A stretch of 64,000 bases of DNA from Dehalococcoidia bacterium (lineage in GTDB: Bacteria; Chloroflexota; Dehalococcoidia; Lucifugimonadales; Australimonadaceae). Location of the stretch: the NCBI GenBank assembly GCA_963579135.1, contig CAUZFB010000002.1:48341-112340 (forward strand), read 5' to 3'. This document shows positions 36,220 through 45,084 of this stretch, piece after piece. How positions within the stretch are numbered: position 1 is the stretch's first letter; each line of letters starts with the position of its first letter. The notes under the pieces are model-generated. The model was not told where the DNA came from, searched no databases, and saw only the letters and a list, made by a program, of their open reading frames with translations. The position numbers were made by a program, and so were the translations under genes.

Positions 36220-36682
36220 TCCAGCGCTGGGTGTCGCGCTCGTAGGACAGCAACTCCTCAGGCCTGAAGAAGATCGCTAGCTCACGCTCGGCCGACTCCG
36301 GCGAGTCTGAGCCGTGGATGAGATTGCGCCCCAAGTCCTGCGCCATGTCCCCCCTGATCGTACCCGGCAACGATTTCTGCGGGTCAGTCTCGCCCATACA
36401 AGCACGGACTGCCGCAGCGGCGTTATTCCCCTCGATCGCCATCGCGACGATAGGGCTGGATGTCATGAACGCGGACAGGCCTTTGAAGAAGCCCTTCTCC
36501 ACGTGCTCAGCGTAGTGCTGCCTGGCCCGATCCATGTCCATTTGCATGAGTTTCATGCCGACGATCTGCATGCCTCGATCTTCGAGGCGAGAGATGATGC
36601 GCCCAGCGAGTCCGCGCTGTAGCGCATCAGGTTTCAGTAGTACGAGCGTTCGGTCTGCCAAGTCTGGGCTCCTCTGCGACAA
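36206..36682 (-). CDS. ndk: Nucleoside-diphosphate kinase
   Basis: 'RTLVLLKPDALQRGL', 'GETDP' and 'NLIHGSDS'. TTG start. Confidence 0.9.
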   Translation of the reverse strand: MSQRSPDLADRTLVLLKPDALQRGLAGRIISRLEDRGMQIVGMKLMQMDMDRARQHYAEHVEKGFFKGLSAFMTSSPIVAMAIEGNNAAAAVRACMGETDPQKSLPGTIRGDMAQDLGRNLIHGSDSPESAERELAIFFRPEELLSYERDTQRWITEA

Positions 36683-36829
36683 CGCCCGCCTAAAGGCGAA
36701 CCATCGTCTCGGTTACGTTTTTCGTAGGCTACCACAAGGGTGGCCCCTTGACCCACTGGCCTTCGTGGGCCGCTCGGGTCGGCGAAGGAGGGCTGGTCCC
36801 GGTCCTAGCCCTTTCTTGTACGAATAACC

Positions 36830-37936
36830 CTAGAGGCCGAAGGCACGGGCGAAATTGCCACCGAGGAGTTTGACCTTGTCTTGGTCGGATAGGCCCGGGT
36901 TGTTCTCGATGCCCGTCGATGAGTTGGGCAGCTTCTGGAACTCAGGATGCGGGAAGTCGGTGCCGATGACGTAGTTATCCGCACCGTAGGCTGCTATGAG
37001 TTGCTCCAGCGGCTCGACGTTCTCCACCGCGGTCATGCAGTGCTGCAGGATGAGCTCGCTGGGTCTGGTGTTGGTGCGCGAGCAGGCGCGCTCGATGAAA
37101 AAAGAACGGTCGGCACCATGCATGGCGTAGGACATCCAAGTGGCACCCGCCTCATAGAACACGAACTTCAGCGCTGGGAACTGGTCGAGCACACCACCAA
37201 TCGTGAGAGCCGCGCAGGCGACGGTATAGTCGAGCCCAAACCCGAGGTACGTCCCGATGTGCATCCGGTGGTAGCGCTCGGTGCCTACCATTGGGTACTC
37301 GGTCTGGTGGTCGTACATCGTGCCCCGATGGCCTTGCGTGTGGTTGTGAACGCTGCACATCAGGCCCAGGCCTCCGACGGCCTCCCAGAAGGGGTAGAGC
37401 TCGTAGGCATCTAGGTTCTGATCTCCCCAGCTTCCACAGAGACTCACTGCCTTCAGGCCAAGGGCCGCCGCACGTTCCAGCTCTTTTACCGAGGCGTCGA
37501 TGTCATCCCAAGGAACCGTGATGAGGCCGATGAAACGGTCGGGATACCGCTTCTGAATGTCGGCTGACTCATTGTTGTAGAGCTTCGCCAATGCGGTGCG
37601 CAGCCAGAGCGGCGTGTCGCCCTGCGCTTTCAGCGGTGACGGCATGGCGCGTTGCGTGTTCAGGACCTGCATATCGAATCCCAGGCGGTCCATCTCTTTG
37701 ATACGAGCCTCGAGATCCCACTCCGGGTCGCCGGTGTGATCGGCGGTCGCACCAGTGCCCGTGAGCGCTGCCCGAACGCTATCAGCGTCCACCACCCGCT
37801 CGGCGTCATGCCACATCACGTCCCGCAGTTGAGCGTTGAGCGATCGCGACAGCATATCCTTGAGCTGCGCATAGTCCACTGTCAGGTTGAAGTGCGTGTC
37901 GGCGTCTATCTTCTTGGTTCGGATCTCTGTAACCAC
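36830..37936 (-). CDS. Amidohydrolase_2 family protein (ACMSD-like)
   Basis: 'KIDADTHFN' and the C-terminal 'IGTDFPHPE'. AGGAGG SD before the GTG start. Confidence 0.75.
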   Translation of the reverse strand: MVTEIRTKKIDADTHFNLTVDYAQLKDMLSRSLNAQLRDVMWHDAERVVDADSVRAALTGTGATADHTGDPEWDLEARIKEMDRLGFDMQVLNTQRAMPSPLKAQGDTPLWLRTALAKLYNNESADIQKRYPDRFIGLITVPWDDIDASVKELERAAALGLKAVSLCGSWGDQNLDAYELYPFWEAVGGLGLMCSVHNHTQGHRGTMYDHQTEYPMVGTERYHRMHIGTYLGFGLDYTVACAALTIGGVLDQFPALKFVFYEAGATWMSYAMHGADRSFFIERACSRTNTRPSELILQHCMTAVENVEPLEQLIAAYGADNYVIGTDFPHPEFQKLPNSSTGIENNPGLSDQDKVKLLGGNFARAFGL

Positions 37937-37981
37937 GCTTGCCTCCTGCGTTTGCTCGCTGAACTGGCTTGGGGTAGCTTA

Positions 37982-38689
37982 TCAGCCGCCTCTAGCGACC
38001 TGCTTGGGCGGCTTCGGTGCCGTGATGGTCGGAGACCGTAGGTAGCGCGGCGCGATGCTTGCCACAGGGTCGGCGTCGCCCGCGTCCAGGCGCAGCGTGC
38101 CCAACTCAGCCACCCCCGCTATGCGGCTGAGCGGGGCGGGCTCTATGACCAAGTGCGCCTTCGCGCCAAACGCCTCGCGTATCGCATCCGCATGCTGCGC
38201 GACTCCCTCGCCGCAAAACACCGTGTGCCGTCCGCGAGCCGACAGCATCGCCTCCAACGGTGTCACGCGATCCGGGGTACGCCGCCTCCAGTCGACGTCT
38301 TGCTGAAAGCGGGCCCAGCCGACGATGCCGCGCCCTGACTCGATCAGCGCACACACGGGTAGGCCCGCGCCTCGGTGGGGGTACGCGCTCGCCTCGAGCG
38401 TGCTCACGCCGACTATCGGCACGCCCGCTGCGAAGGCCAGCCCCTTGGCTGCGCCCAAACCAGACCGCAGCGCCGAGAAGCCACCCGGCCCCCGAGCCAC
38501 GGCTACGCCTGCAACGTCCGCCATCCTTGCGCCAGCGGCGTCCATTGCTGCCTCCACTGCCGGCATGAGTTCAGACGTATGGTTGTGCCGCGAATACCAG
38601 GAATACACACGAACGAGCGCACCGGCAGACCAGAGTCCGACCGCTCCATAGCGAGTGGATGTGTCTATCGCCAGGTACAGGCCAGTCAT
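37982..38689 (-). CDS. tsaB: tRNA t6A biosynthesis protein TsaB
   Basis: 'LAIDTSTRYGAVGL' and 'ARGPGGFSALRSGLGAAKGLA'. Confidence 0.85.
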   Translation of the reverse strand: MTGLYLAIDTSTRYGAVGLWSAGALVRVYSWYSRHNHTSELMPAVEAAMDAAGARMADVAGVAVARGPGGFSALRSGLGAAKGLAFAAGVPIVGVSTLEASAYPHRGAGLPVCALIESGRGIVGWARFQQDVDWRRRTPDRVTPLEAMLSARGRHTVFCGEGVAQHADAIREAFGAKAHLVIEPAPLSRIAGVAELGTLRLDAGDADPVASIAPRYLRSPTITAPKPPKQVARGG

Positions 38690-39192
38690 GTGGTTCGTCC
38701 GTCCAGGGGGCCAGCATCTTTGAGTCGAATGATCATCGATTCATATCGCGTGCCGTGCGCCGCGAGGGTCAGCACACGCTCGACGAGCGTGTCGCCCTCA
38801 GCCAGCGAAATCTCGAGGAAATCGCCCGGGAAGACTGCCGTCGCTCGTTCTGCCCATTCCACAACGCAGGCGCCCGTCTCCAACATTTCATCGATGCCCA
38901 GATCCTCCACCTCGGCTAGGTCATCCACCGAAGCCGCGCCGTCGAATCGGTACAGGTCCAGGTGGTAGATAGGAATGCGCCCTGCGTACTCGTGGACGAG
39001 CACGAACGTCGGGCTGTGCGCGTACTCAGTGACGCCTGCACCCCAAGCAATCCCCTGGGTCAGCGTGGTCTTGCCTGCACCCAACGTGCCGCCCAGCAAC
39101 ACCACGTCGCCTACTTCAAGCGCCTCGCCGATGGACCTGCCGAACGCCTGCGTCGCCTCAGGGCTGGTCGTGGTGAGCGTTAGGCCGCTCAT
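38686..39192 (-). CDS. tsaE: tRNA t6A biosynthesis ATPase TsaE
   Basis: 'LLGGTLGAGKTTLTQGI', 'SPTFVLVHEY' and 'HLDLYR'. Start set at the ATG that forms an ATGA overlap with the thiL stop. Confidence 0.85.
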   Translation of the reverse strand: MSGLTLTTTSPEATQAFGRSIGEALEVGDVVLLGGTLGAGKTTLTQGIAWGAGVTEYAHSPTFVLVHEYAGRIPIYHLDLYRFDGAASVDDLAEVEDLGIDEMLETGACVVEWAERATAVFPGDFLEISLAEGDTLVERVLTLAAHGTRYESMIIRLKDAGPLDGRTT

Positions 39193-40184
39193 GCGGACAA
39201 GTGCTCCCATCCCGCGTTGGTCACTTCCAGGTCGTTGCCGTCGGCGCCCAACACCACCACACCAGCGGCGGAGCCGTTGGCGATCTCACCGACCACCGCT
39301 GCGCCATCGATCGCCGCGACCGCCCTCTCGACGGCTTCGCGTGGGCCGGTGAACACCACCTCGTAGTCTTCACCGCCGCCCAAGGCGCACAGCAGCGCCT
39401 CCTCTTCGGAGAACGTCTCAAGCAAGGCAGGTGCCACGGGTACACGGGCGGAATCGATCTTAGCTGCAACGCCACTGGCGCGGCACAGCTTGGCTAGGTC
39501 CGCTACCAGGCCGTCCGACACGTCCATAGCACCGGTCACGCCGGCATCGAGCAGCGCTTGACCTGTGGAGACCCGTGGCCTGGGGCGGCGATGCGCCGTC
39601 AGCAAGGCATCGTTGGAGATAAGGCCACGTTGTATCACGCGCAATCCGCCTCCAGAACCGCCCAGCGGGCCCGACACGCCAACCAGGTCCCCTGGCCGTG
39701 CCACATCGCGACGCAACAGCGCACCCTCGCACACGCCGACGAGCGCCACGGAGGTGAACACATCGCGAGACGACACGATGTCGCCGCCTGCGATCAGCGT
39801 CCCATATGTCCGACATGCCTCAATCATGCCTGCGTAAAGGTCGTCGATGGAGGCCACGTCCAGCGAACCCGGGATACCGAGGGTGACAATCCCCACCAGC
39901 GGCGTCGCGCCCATGGAGATGACATCGCTCACGTTGGCCGCCCAAACCCGCCAGCCCAGGTCTGCCCAAGATGTCGTCTGCTGCGTGAAGTGAACGCCCT
40001 CGACGGCGGTGTCGGTGGTCGTCACCTCGACGCCGCGGGCGAGCGACCAAGCAGCTGCATCGTCGCCGATACCGAGCACCAGCTTGAACCCGCCCGCCGT
40101 CGGAGCAGCCAGCGACGCGCGCTCGATCATGTTCCCGATACGCTCGATAAGAGGGAATTCGCCCAATTCACCTACGGTAGTCAC
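39189..40184 (-). CDS. thiL: Thiamine-monophosphate kinase ThiL
   Basis: 'GEFPLIERI', 'IGDDAAAW', and AIR-synthase-like N and C domains. GTG start. Confidence 0.85.
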   Translation of the reverse strand: MTTVGELGEFPLIERIGNMIERASLAAPTAGGFKLVLGIGDDAAAWSLARGVEVTTTDTAVEGVHFTQQTTSWADLGWRVWAANVSDVISMGATPLVGIVTLGIPGSLDVASIDDLYAGMIEACRTYGTLIAGGDIVSSRDVFTSVALVGVCEGALLRRDVARPGDLVGVSGPLGGSGGGLRVIQRGLISNDALLTAHRRPRPRVSTGQALLDAGVTGAMDVSDGLVADLAKLCRASGVAAKIDSARVPVAPALLETFSEEEALLCALGGGEDYEVVFTGPREAVERAVAAIDGAAVVGEIANGSAAGVVVLGADGNDLEVTNAGWEHLSA

Positions 40185-40190
40185 GCGGGG

Positions 40191-40196
40191 ATTATA
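40191..40196 (-). promoter_or_regulatory. Candidate -10 hexamer TATAAT 6 nt upstream of the thiL GTG (leaderless-type)
   Basis: The minus strand reads gccTATAATccccgcGTG, nearly identical in context to the hemW site. Confidence 0.35.
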
Positions 40197-40287
40197 GGCG
40201 GCTGGCAGCCCAGCGGCCTAGGAAACGTCTAATCGTAGTGGCGGCCAAGAGTTGGTGCCTAGGCGCGGCCCTTGGATTGGGCGCTGC

Positions 40288-40329
40288 AAGAAGGCAAAAG
40301 GAAGAGGCGGGGTTTCCCCCGCCTCTTCC
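40288..40329 (-). terminator. Strong rho-independent terminator (minus strand)
   Basis: 13-bp stem GGAAGAGGCGGGG/CCCCGCCTCTTCC. On the minus strand it is followed by TTTTGCCTTCTT. Confidence 0.75.
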
Positions 40330-40530
40330 AGGGAGATGGGAGGAGTCCCCCGGTCCACTCGACACTGCACAACTACTTATTGCCCCATTTGATTGATCGT
40401 CGAGAGGGGCCACCCAAACCGTGTGTTGCGTCTCGCTTGTCTATAGCTTAGATGCACGCTTCATCGCATCGGTTACATCCGGGTTACGGTCGTGTGAACA
40501 GGATGTTTCACGCCTCGGCACAAGAACGGC

Positions 40531-40543
40531 GGGGGGGGGGGGG
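40531..40543 (+). repeat. G13 homopolymer (C13 on the coding strand of the neighbouring genes)
   Basis: acggcGGGGGGGGGGGGGcgaatgg. It forms the loop region of an ACAAGAAC/GTTCTTGT hairpin, 44 nt from the Rieske stop. Confidence 0.95.
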
Positions 40544-40586
40544 CGAATGGCCGTCCCTGTTCTTGTATCTCGCAGGGTAAAAACGG

Positions 40587-41858
40587 TTAACGGCCTCCCA
40601 CGAACATGCGCTCGGCCAGCGCTTCTAGCCCGAATTCCTCATCGGGCAGTACATCTTCGATTGCTCGCGCCGAGTAATACGACTCGCCGAGTCCTGGAGG
40701 CGTACCGCCATCGGCTACCGTGTCGATCGCGCGCAGCAACATCCTGCGCGTCATGATGACCGCCCGATCCGTTTGACCCAAATGCTCCTTGGATCGGTTC
40801 ACGATAGGCCCCATGGCCTCCTGCACCGCGCGGTCCTGGGCGTTCACTCCCTGGATGCCTGTGAAATTCTCATTGCGCTGCATGTCACGATCGATCAACC
40901 AATCGTTGCGGGGGTTCACTGCGGCCCTGAAGGTCACGGGATCAACGAACGCGGGACCGTTTCCGCTGACCTCCTCGTTCTTCTCACCCTCAGTCAACGC
41001 CTCATCCAGGCTATAGAACCAGTTCCACACCATGGTGGTGTTGTCGTCTATGGGAACCCAATGGTGGCCTGCGACCTTGAACTTGTACCAAGAACCGTTG
41101 TTGTTCAGCTGTGCCGCTCGGATTTGAATGTGCGGCATCACGAAGTGATAGCCGCGAACGTAGTTCTGCCCCTTGCTGGGGAGCCCGCGTGAATTCGTGT
41201 AGCGATACCCGTAGTCGGTGGGCTCAACATCCAGCTTGCCGGCGAGCCCCTCCTTCCGGAGTCCGTCCAGACCGATGCCTTTGCCCTCACCGATCTTCCG
41301 GTGCAGGAACGACGAGTGGATGCTGTCGATGCCGCCCTCGAGCCCTTGAAGCCAGTTGCACTCTTCGATCACTTTGGAAGCACCACGATGTGTCTCAGGT
41401 TGCTGCGTGAATTCGAACTTGGGCAACGCAGGCTTCAGCTCTGGGGGGCCCATGTACGCCCAGATCACGCCGCCTATCTCCTCCGTCGGGTAGGCGACCA
41501 TCTTCACCTTGTGCTTGAAATCGAATTCTTCAGGCTCGTTGGGCATGTCCACGCAATCCCCCAATACGTCGAACTTCCAGCCGTGGTACACACAGCGCAG
41601 GCCGTTCTCCTCATTGCGTCCCAGGAACAGGGATGTGAGGCGGTGCGGGCACCACTCGGAGATTAGTCCCACGCGGCCGCTGGTGTCACGAAAGGCCACC
41701 AGATCCTCGCTCAGGATACGCACGCGGATGGGATCCCCATCGTTGTCCGCAACCTCGCGGGATAGCAGTACCGGCTGCCAGTACCGGCGCATCAAGTTCC
41801 CCAAAGGGGTTCCTGGCCCCACCCTGGTCAACTTCTCGTTATCAGCAACTGAAAGCAT
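40587..41858 (-). CDS. Rieske [2Fe-2S] non-heme-iron oxygenase, alpha-subunit type (paralog 1)
   Basis: 'CPHRLTSLFLGRNEENGLRCVYHGWKF' and 'NWLQGLEGGIDSIHSSFLH'. GAGGAGG SD. Confidence 0.88.
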   Translation of the reverse strand: MLSVADNEKLTRVGPGTPLGNLMRRYWQPVLLSREVADNDGDPIRVRILSEDLVAFRDTSGRVGLISEWCPHRLTSLFLGRNEENGLRCVYHGWKFDVLGDCVDMPNEPEEFDFKHKVKMVAYPTEEIGGVIWAYMGPPELKPALPKFEFTQQPETHRGASKVIEECNWLQGLEGGIDSIHSSFLHRKIGEGKGIGLDGLRKEGLAGKLDVEPTDYGYRYTNSRGLPSKGQNYVRGYHFVMPHIQIRAAQLNNNGSWYKFKVAGHHWVPIDDNTTMVWNWFYSLDEALTEGEKNEEVSGNGPAFVDPVTFRAAVNPRNDWLIDRDMQRNENFTGIQGVNAQDRAVQEAMGPIVNRSKEHLGQTDRAVIMTRRMLLRAIDTVADGGTPPGLGESYYSARAIEDVLPDEEFGLEALAERMFVGGR

Positions 41859-41917
41859 CTTCGGCCTCCTCGCAGCCGTTGGAACGGCTGTGGCGAATCA
41901 CCTAAATAAGATCCAGG

Positions 41918-43189
41918 TCAGGCGATCCGAGCGAACATTTTGTCCGCCAATACATCAAGACCTGCGGCATCTTGCGGCAATACTTCCTCAATCCCACGCA
42001 GGTGGTAGTAGGTATCTGACGCACCGGGCGGTACACCGCCGTCCTGTACCACTGCGACAGCGTTCATCAACATCTTACGCATCGTGATGATCGCTTTGTC
42101 CGTCTGACCTAAATGTTCGTACGAGCGATTAACAATAGATCCCATCGACTCCTGCACCGCGCGGTCCTGAGCATTCACTCCATCGATTCCGGTGAAGCTG
42201 GCCGTACGCTGTTTGGCGCGATCAATCTGCCAGTCGTTACGCACGTTGCCCAGCGCGCGGAATGTTCGCTGATCCACCTCATTGGGCCCATTACCGAAGC
42301 CTCGTTCCTCTTTTTCATCCTGTGTCAACGGCTCATCAAGGCTGTAAAACCAGTTCCAGACAAGCGTCGAGTGATCGTCGATTGGCACCCAGTGGTGGCC
42401 TGCAATCTTGAACTTGAACCAAGAGCCGTCGTTGTTCAATTGCGCTGCACGGATCTGCACATGCGGCATCACGAAGTGGTAGGAGCGGACGTAATTTTCC
42501 TCCCTACCAGGAATCGGACGATGCGCAGCGTAGCGGTATCCGTAGTCCTCGGTCTCCACGTCGAGTCGACCGGCAGTAGCGTCCGCACGCAAACCGTCGA
42601 ACCCGAGGCCGTCGCCGGCTGCCAACTTGCGATGAAGGAACGATGAGTGAACCGAGTCCAGCCCGCCCTCTAGGGCTTGCAGCCAGTTGCACTCCTCGAT
42701 GACCTTAGACGCACCCCGATGTGTCTCCGGCTGTTGGGTAAACTCGAATGCGGGCGCAGGCGGTTGAAACTCTGGCGGACCCATGTATACCCAAATCACG
42801 CCACCCATGTCCAACGTGGGGTACGCAACCATATTAACCTTGTGCTTGAAATCGAATGCTTCGGGCTCGTTGGGCATGTCAACGCAAGCGCCCGACACAT
42901 CGAACTTCCAACCGTGGTACACACAACGCAGGCCGTTCTCCTCGTTGCGGCCCAGGAACAACGACGTTAGGCGATGCGGGCACCACTCAGAGATCATCCC
43001 CACGCGACCACTGGTGTCACGAAACGCCACCAGATTTTCACCCAGGATCCGCACTCGAATCGGATCGCCATCAGGCTCGGCCACTTCACGCGAGAGCAGC
43101 ACGGGTTGCCAATACCGGCGCATAAGATTGCCCATGGGAGTACCAGGACCCACCCGCGTTACTTTGTCGTTATCAGAAACAGAGAGCAA
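41918..43189 (-). CDS. Rieske [2Fe-2S] non-heme-iron oxygenase, alpha-subunit type (paralog 2)
   Basis: Same motifs as paralog 1. Roughly three quarters of residues are identical by eye. Start moved to the TTG giving 'M(L)LSVSDNDK' (GAGAGGAGA SD 6 nt upstream), matching the paralog N-terminus. Confidence 0.85.
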   Translation of the reverse strand: MLSVSDNDKVTRVGPGTPMGNLMRRYWQPVLLSREVAEPDGDPIRVRILGENLVAFRDTSGRVGMISEWCPHRLTSLFLGRNEENGLRCVYHGWKFDVSGACVDMPNEPEAFDFKHKVNMVAYPTLDMGGVIWVYMGPPEFQPPAPAFEFTQQPETHRGASKVIEECNWLQALEGGLDSVHSSFLHRKLAAGDGLGFDGLRADATAGRLDVETEDYGYRYAAHRPIPGREENYVRSYHFVMPHVQIRAAQLNNDGSWFKFKIAGHHWVPIDDHSTLVWNWFYSLDEPLTQDEKEERGFGNGPNEVDQRTFRALGNVRNDWQIDRAKQRTASFTGIDGVNAQDRAVQESMGSIVNRSYEHLGQTDKAIITMRKMLMNAVAVVQDGGVPPGASDTYYHLRGIEEVLPQDAAGLDVLADKMFARIA

Positions 43190-43229
43190 CTCTGGTCTCC
43201 TCTCGCCCATCAAAACGGGCTGAGGGTTA

Positions 43230-43412
43230 TCACTCGGCCAAGGTATTCAACTTCAGGCGCTGGTCGAGAGCCCCACCAATTCGGGCGATGGTAGGTCGGC
43301 CTTCAATTAGTGTCAACGTGGGAGTCTTGCATACCACGGGACAACCTGAGGATTCGGGAATCACGTCTATGATCTCGCAACAAGTCGTCCTTGAACTAGA
43401 CCGGTCAATCAA
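43230..43412 (-). pseudogene. Possible thioredoxin-fold remnant (60-codon ORF, C-terminal half only)
   Basis: 'CKTPTLTLIEGRPTIARIGGALDQRLKLNTL' resembles the thioredoxin 'PTLxLFxxGxxVxRxVGA' C-terminal region. No CxxC-bearing N-terminal half is found in any frame upstream. GC3 is only about 58%, and the start is TTG. Confidence 0.25.
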
Positions 43413-43584
43413 CTATCTATTCCCCCGTTCCCCGCGATTCGGTGCGGTAACGACCGCTTAGCCAAACCTCTCCACTCGAAGCCTACATTCACATACAGTC
43501 CTGCACGCTATGACAGAAACTAAAACGCGAGGGCGGAGTGACGAGTCGATCAAACCAAAAGGTCGTTCGGCGCTCGATGGAAGC

Positions 43585-44994
43585 TTAGCAGGAACCGAGG
43601 GAGCCGCCTGAGAGCAGCGTAGCCAGCACACGCACGTCGGAAACGTCCTCGAGATGCGCAACGAGATCGATCACCTCACGCAATGACGCATCGTCGATCC
43701 ATGAGCCAGCATGTTGAGCACAGGCAATGAACTTCTGCTCACGCTGATCGTCCGTTAGCGGATTGTCACGGTGCCCGGGCGCCTGGTCAACACGGCGCGT
43801 GCGCTTTTCGCCTGAGCCCAGCGTTACTTCGACGATCCCCGAACGGCCCAGCGACGCGTCCACCTCCCACTCGATGATGTTCGCGATACGCACCGCCTGG
43901 TAGTCGAACAGCCCCTCAGTCGTCGGCTGGAGGTCCGCCAGCGTCATATTGCCAGTCGCCAGCGCCTTGGCTGTCGCAAACAGCACACTGTCCTCCGCCT
44001 CGACCGGCGCCTGCGGGTTGCGGCGTATCTGGCTCGGCTCGCAGAAGCTAGCCAGGTGCGGCTCGCCGATGATTCGGACGCTCTGAACGTCAGCTGGGTC
44101 GAGGTCGCGGTGCAAGTCGGAGGCAGCCGCGATGAACACGTGAGCCACTCCGGTCGTCGGCCACGGCTTGAATCCCACGTTCTTCAGAAAAAATTCCTCG
44201 CCAAGGCCGTCGACCAATGACGGTCGATCGAACGCGCCGTCGTAGTACGTGGGGAAGAAGCCTGCCCTGCCCTCGAAAACGTTGCAGTCACCCCGCAATC
44301 CGTGCCGTGTGAGTAGCGCTGCCTGCATACCACCCTGGTTGCTAAACGCCGCATAGACAGCCTTCGCAGGCCGACCGTCCAGCACGGGCTGACGTCCGCC
44401 CGAGGCCTGCATGAACGCGAGGCCAAGCGCAGAGTGCGTCTGTAGCGCATCGAAATCAAGCATGTGAGATGCACTGACCGCAGACGCGAAGAACCCCGGC
44501 ATTTGCGTGGGCTGCGGCTTGGCCTCGGTGTACGCCGACTCTGCCTTCACGAGGGCCACGCCGATGCGGGACATCAGCTCAGCGCCGACGGCGATAGCGG
44601 CCATCAACTCCTTACCCGTCGCGCCACCGCGTAGCTCGGCCGCCGCGAACGCCGACGGAAACGTCACTGGCCCCAGATGGCCCGAACCCACTGCAGTCGT
44701 ATCGTCGAAGTTCAGCGCGTGCGCCATCCCACCGTTGACCATCGCAGCAGCCGCACTCGGCAGGCGATCGCCGAAGCCGAGCAACGTCGCTTCAGGCGCG
44801 CCACCAGCGCCGCGAGCCCAAGACAGCAACTGGGGAATCCCCACCCCCAGCGTGTTCGCCGCGAGGGTCGTCGACAACGTATCAAGCACCAGCCAACGCA
44901 GAATGCGACGCACATCGTCCGGGAGGTCACCGTACGTCGCCCGCGAGGCGTACTCCGCCCACGTCACAGCTAAGTCCTGCGTTCCGTTAGTCAC
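43585..44994 (-). CDS. MmgE/PrpD-family protein (2-methylcitrate dehydratase-like)
   Basis: 469 aa. 'DTLSTTLAA', 'NGGMAHALNFDD' and the overall PrpD layout. AGGAGG SD before the GTG start. Confidence 0.8.
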   Translation of the reverse strand: MTNGTQDLAVTWAEYASRATYGDLPDDVRRILRWLVLDTLSTTLAANTLGVGIPQLLSWARGAGGAPEATLLGFGDRLPSAAAAMVNGGMAHALNFDDTTAVGSGHLGPVTFPSAFAAAELRGGATGKELMAAIAVGAELMSRIGVALVKAESAYTEAKPQPTQMPGFFASAVSASHMLDFDALQTHSALGLAFMQASGGRQPVLDGRPAKAVYAAFSNQGGMQAALLTRHGLRGDCNVFEGRAGFFPTYYDGAFDRPSLVDGLGEEFFLKNVGFKPWPTTGVAHVFIAAASDLHRDLDPADVQSVRIIGEPHLASFCEPSQIRRNPQAPVEAEDSVLFATAKALATGNMTLADLQPTTEGLFDYQAVRIANIIEWEVDASLGRSGIVEVTLGSGEKRTRRVDQAPGHRDNPLTDDQREQKFIACAQHAGSWIDDASLREVIDLVAHLEDVSDVRVLATLLSGGSLGSC

Positions 44995-45084
44995 CGGGGG
45001 CCTCCTAGAGTGAAAGGGCCAAATTGAGCGGCTACTGCGGTGGCGCCATTCTTACACGAAACGCGCGAGCCATGCCTGACTCGC

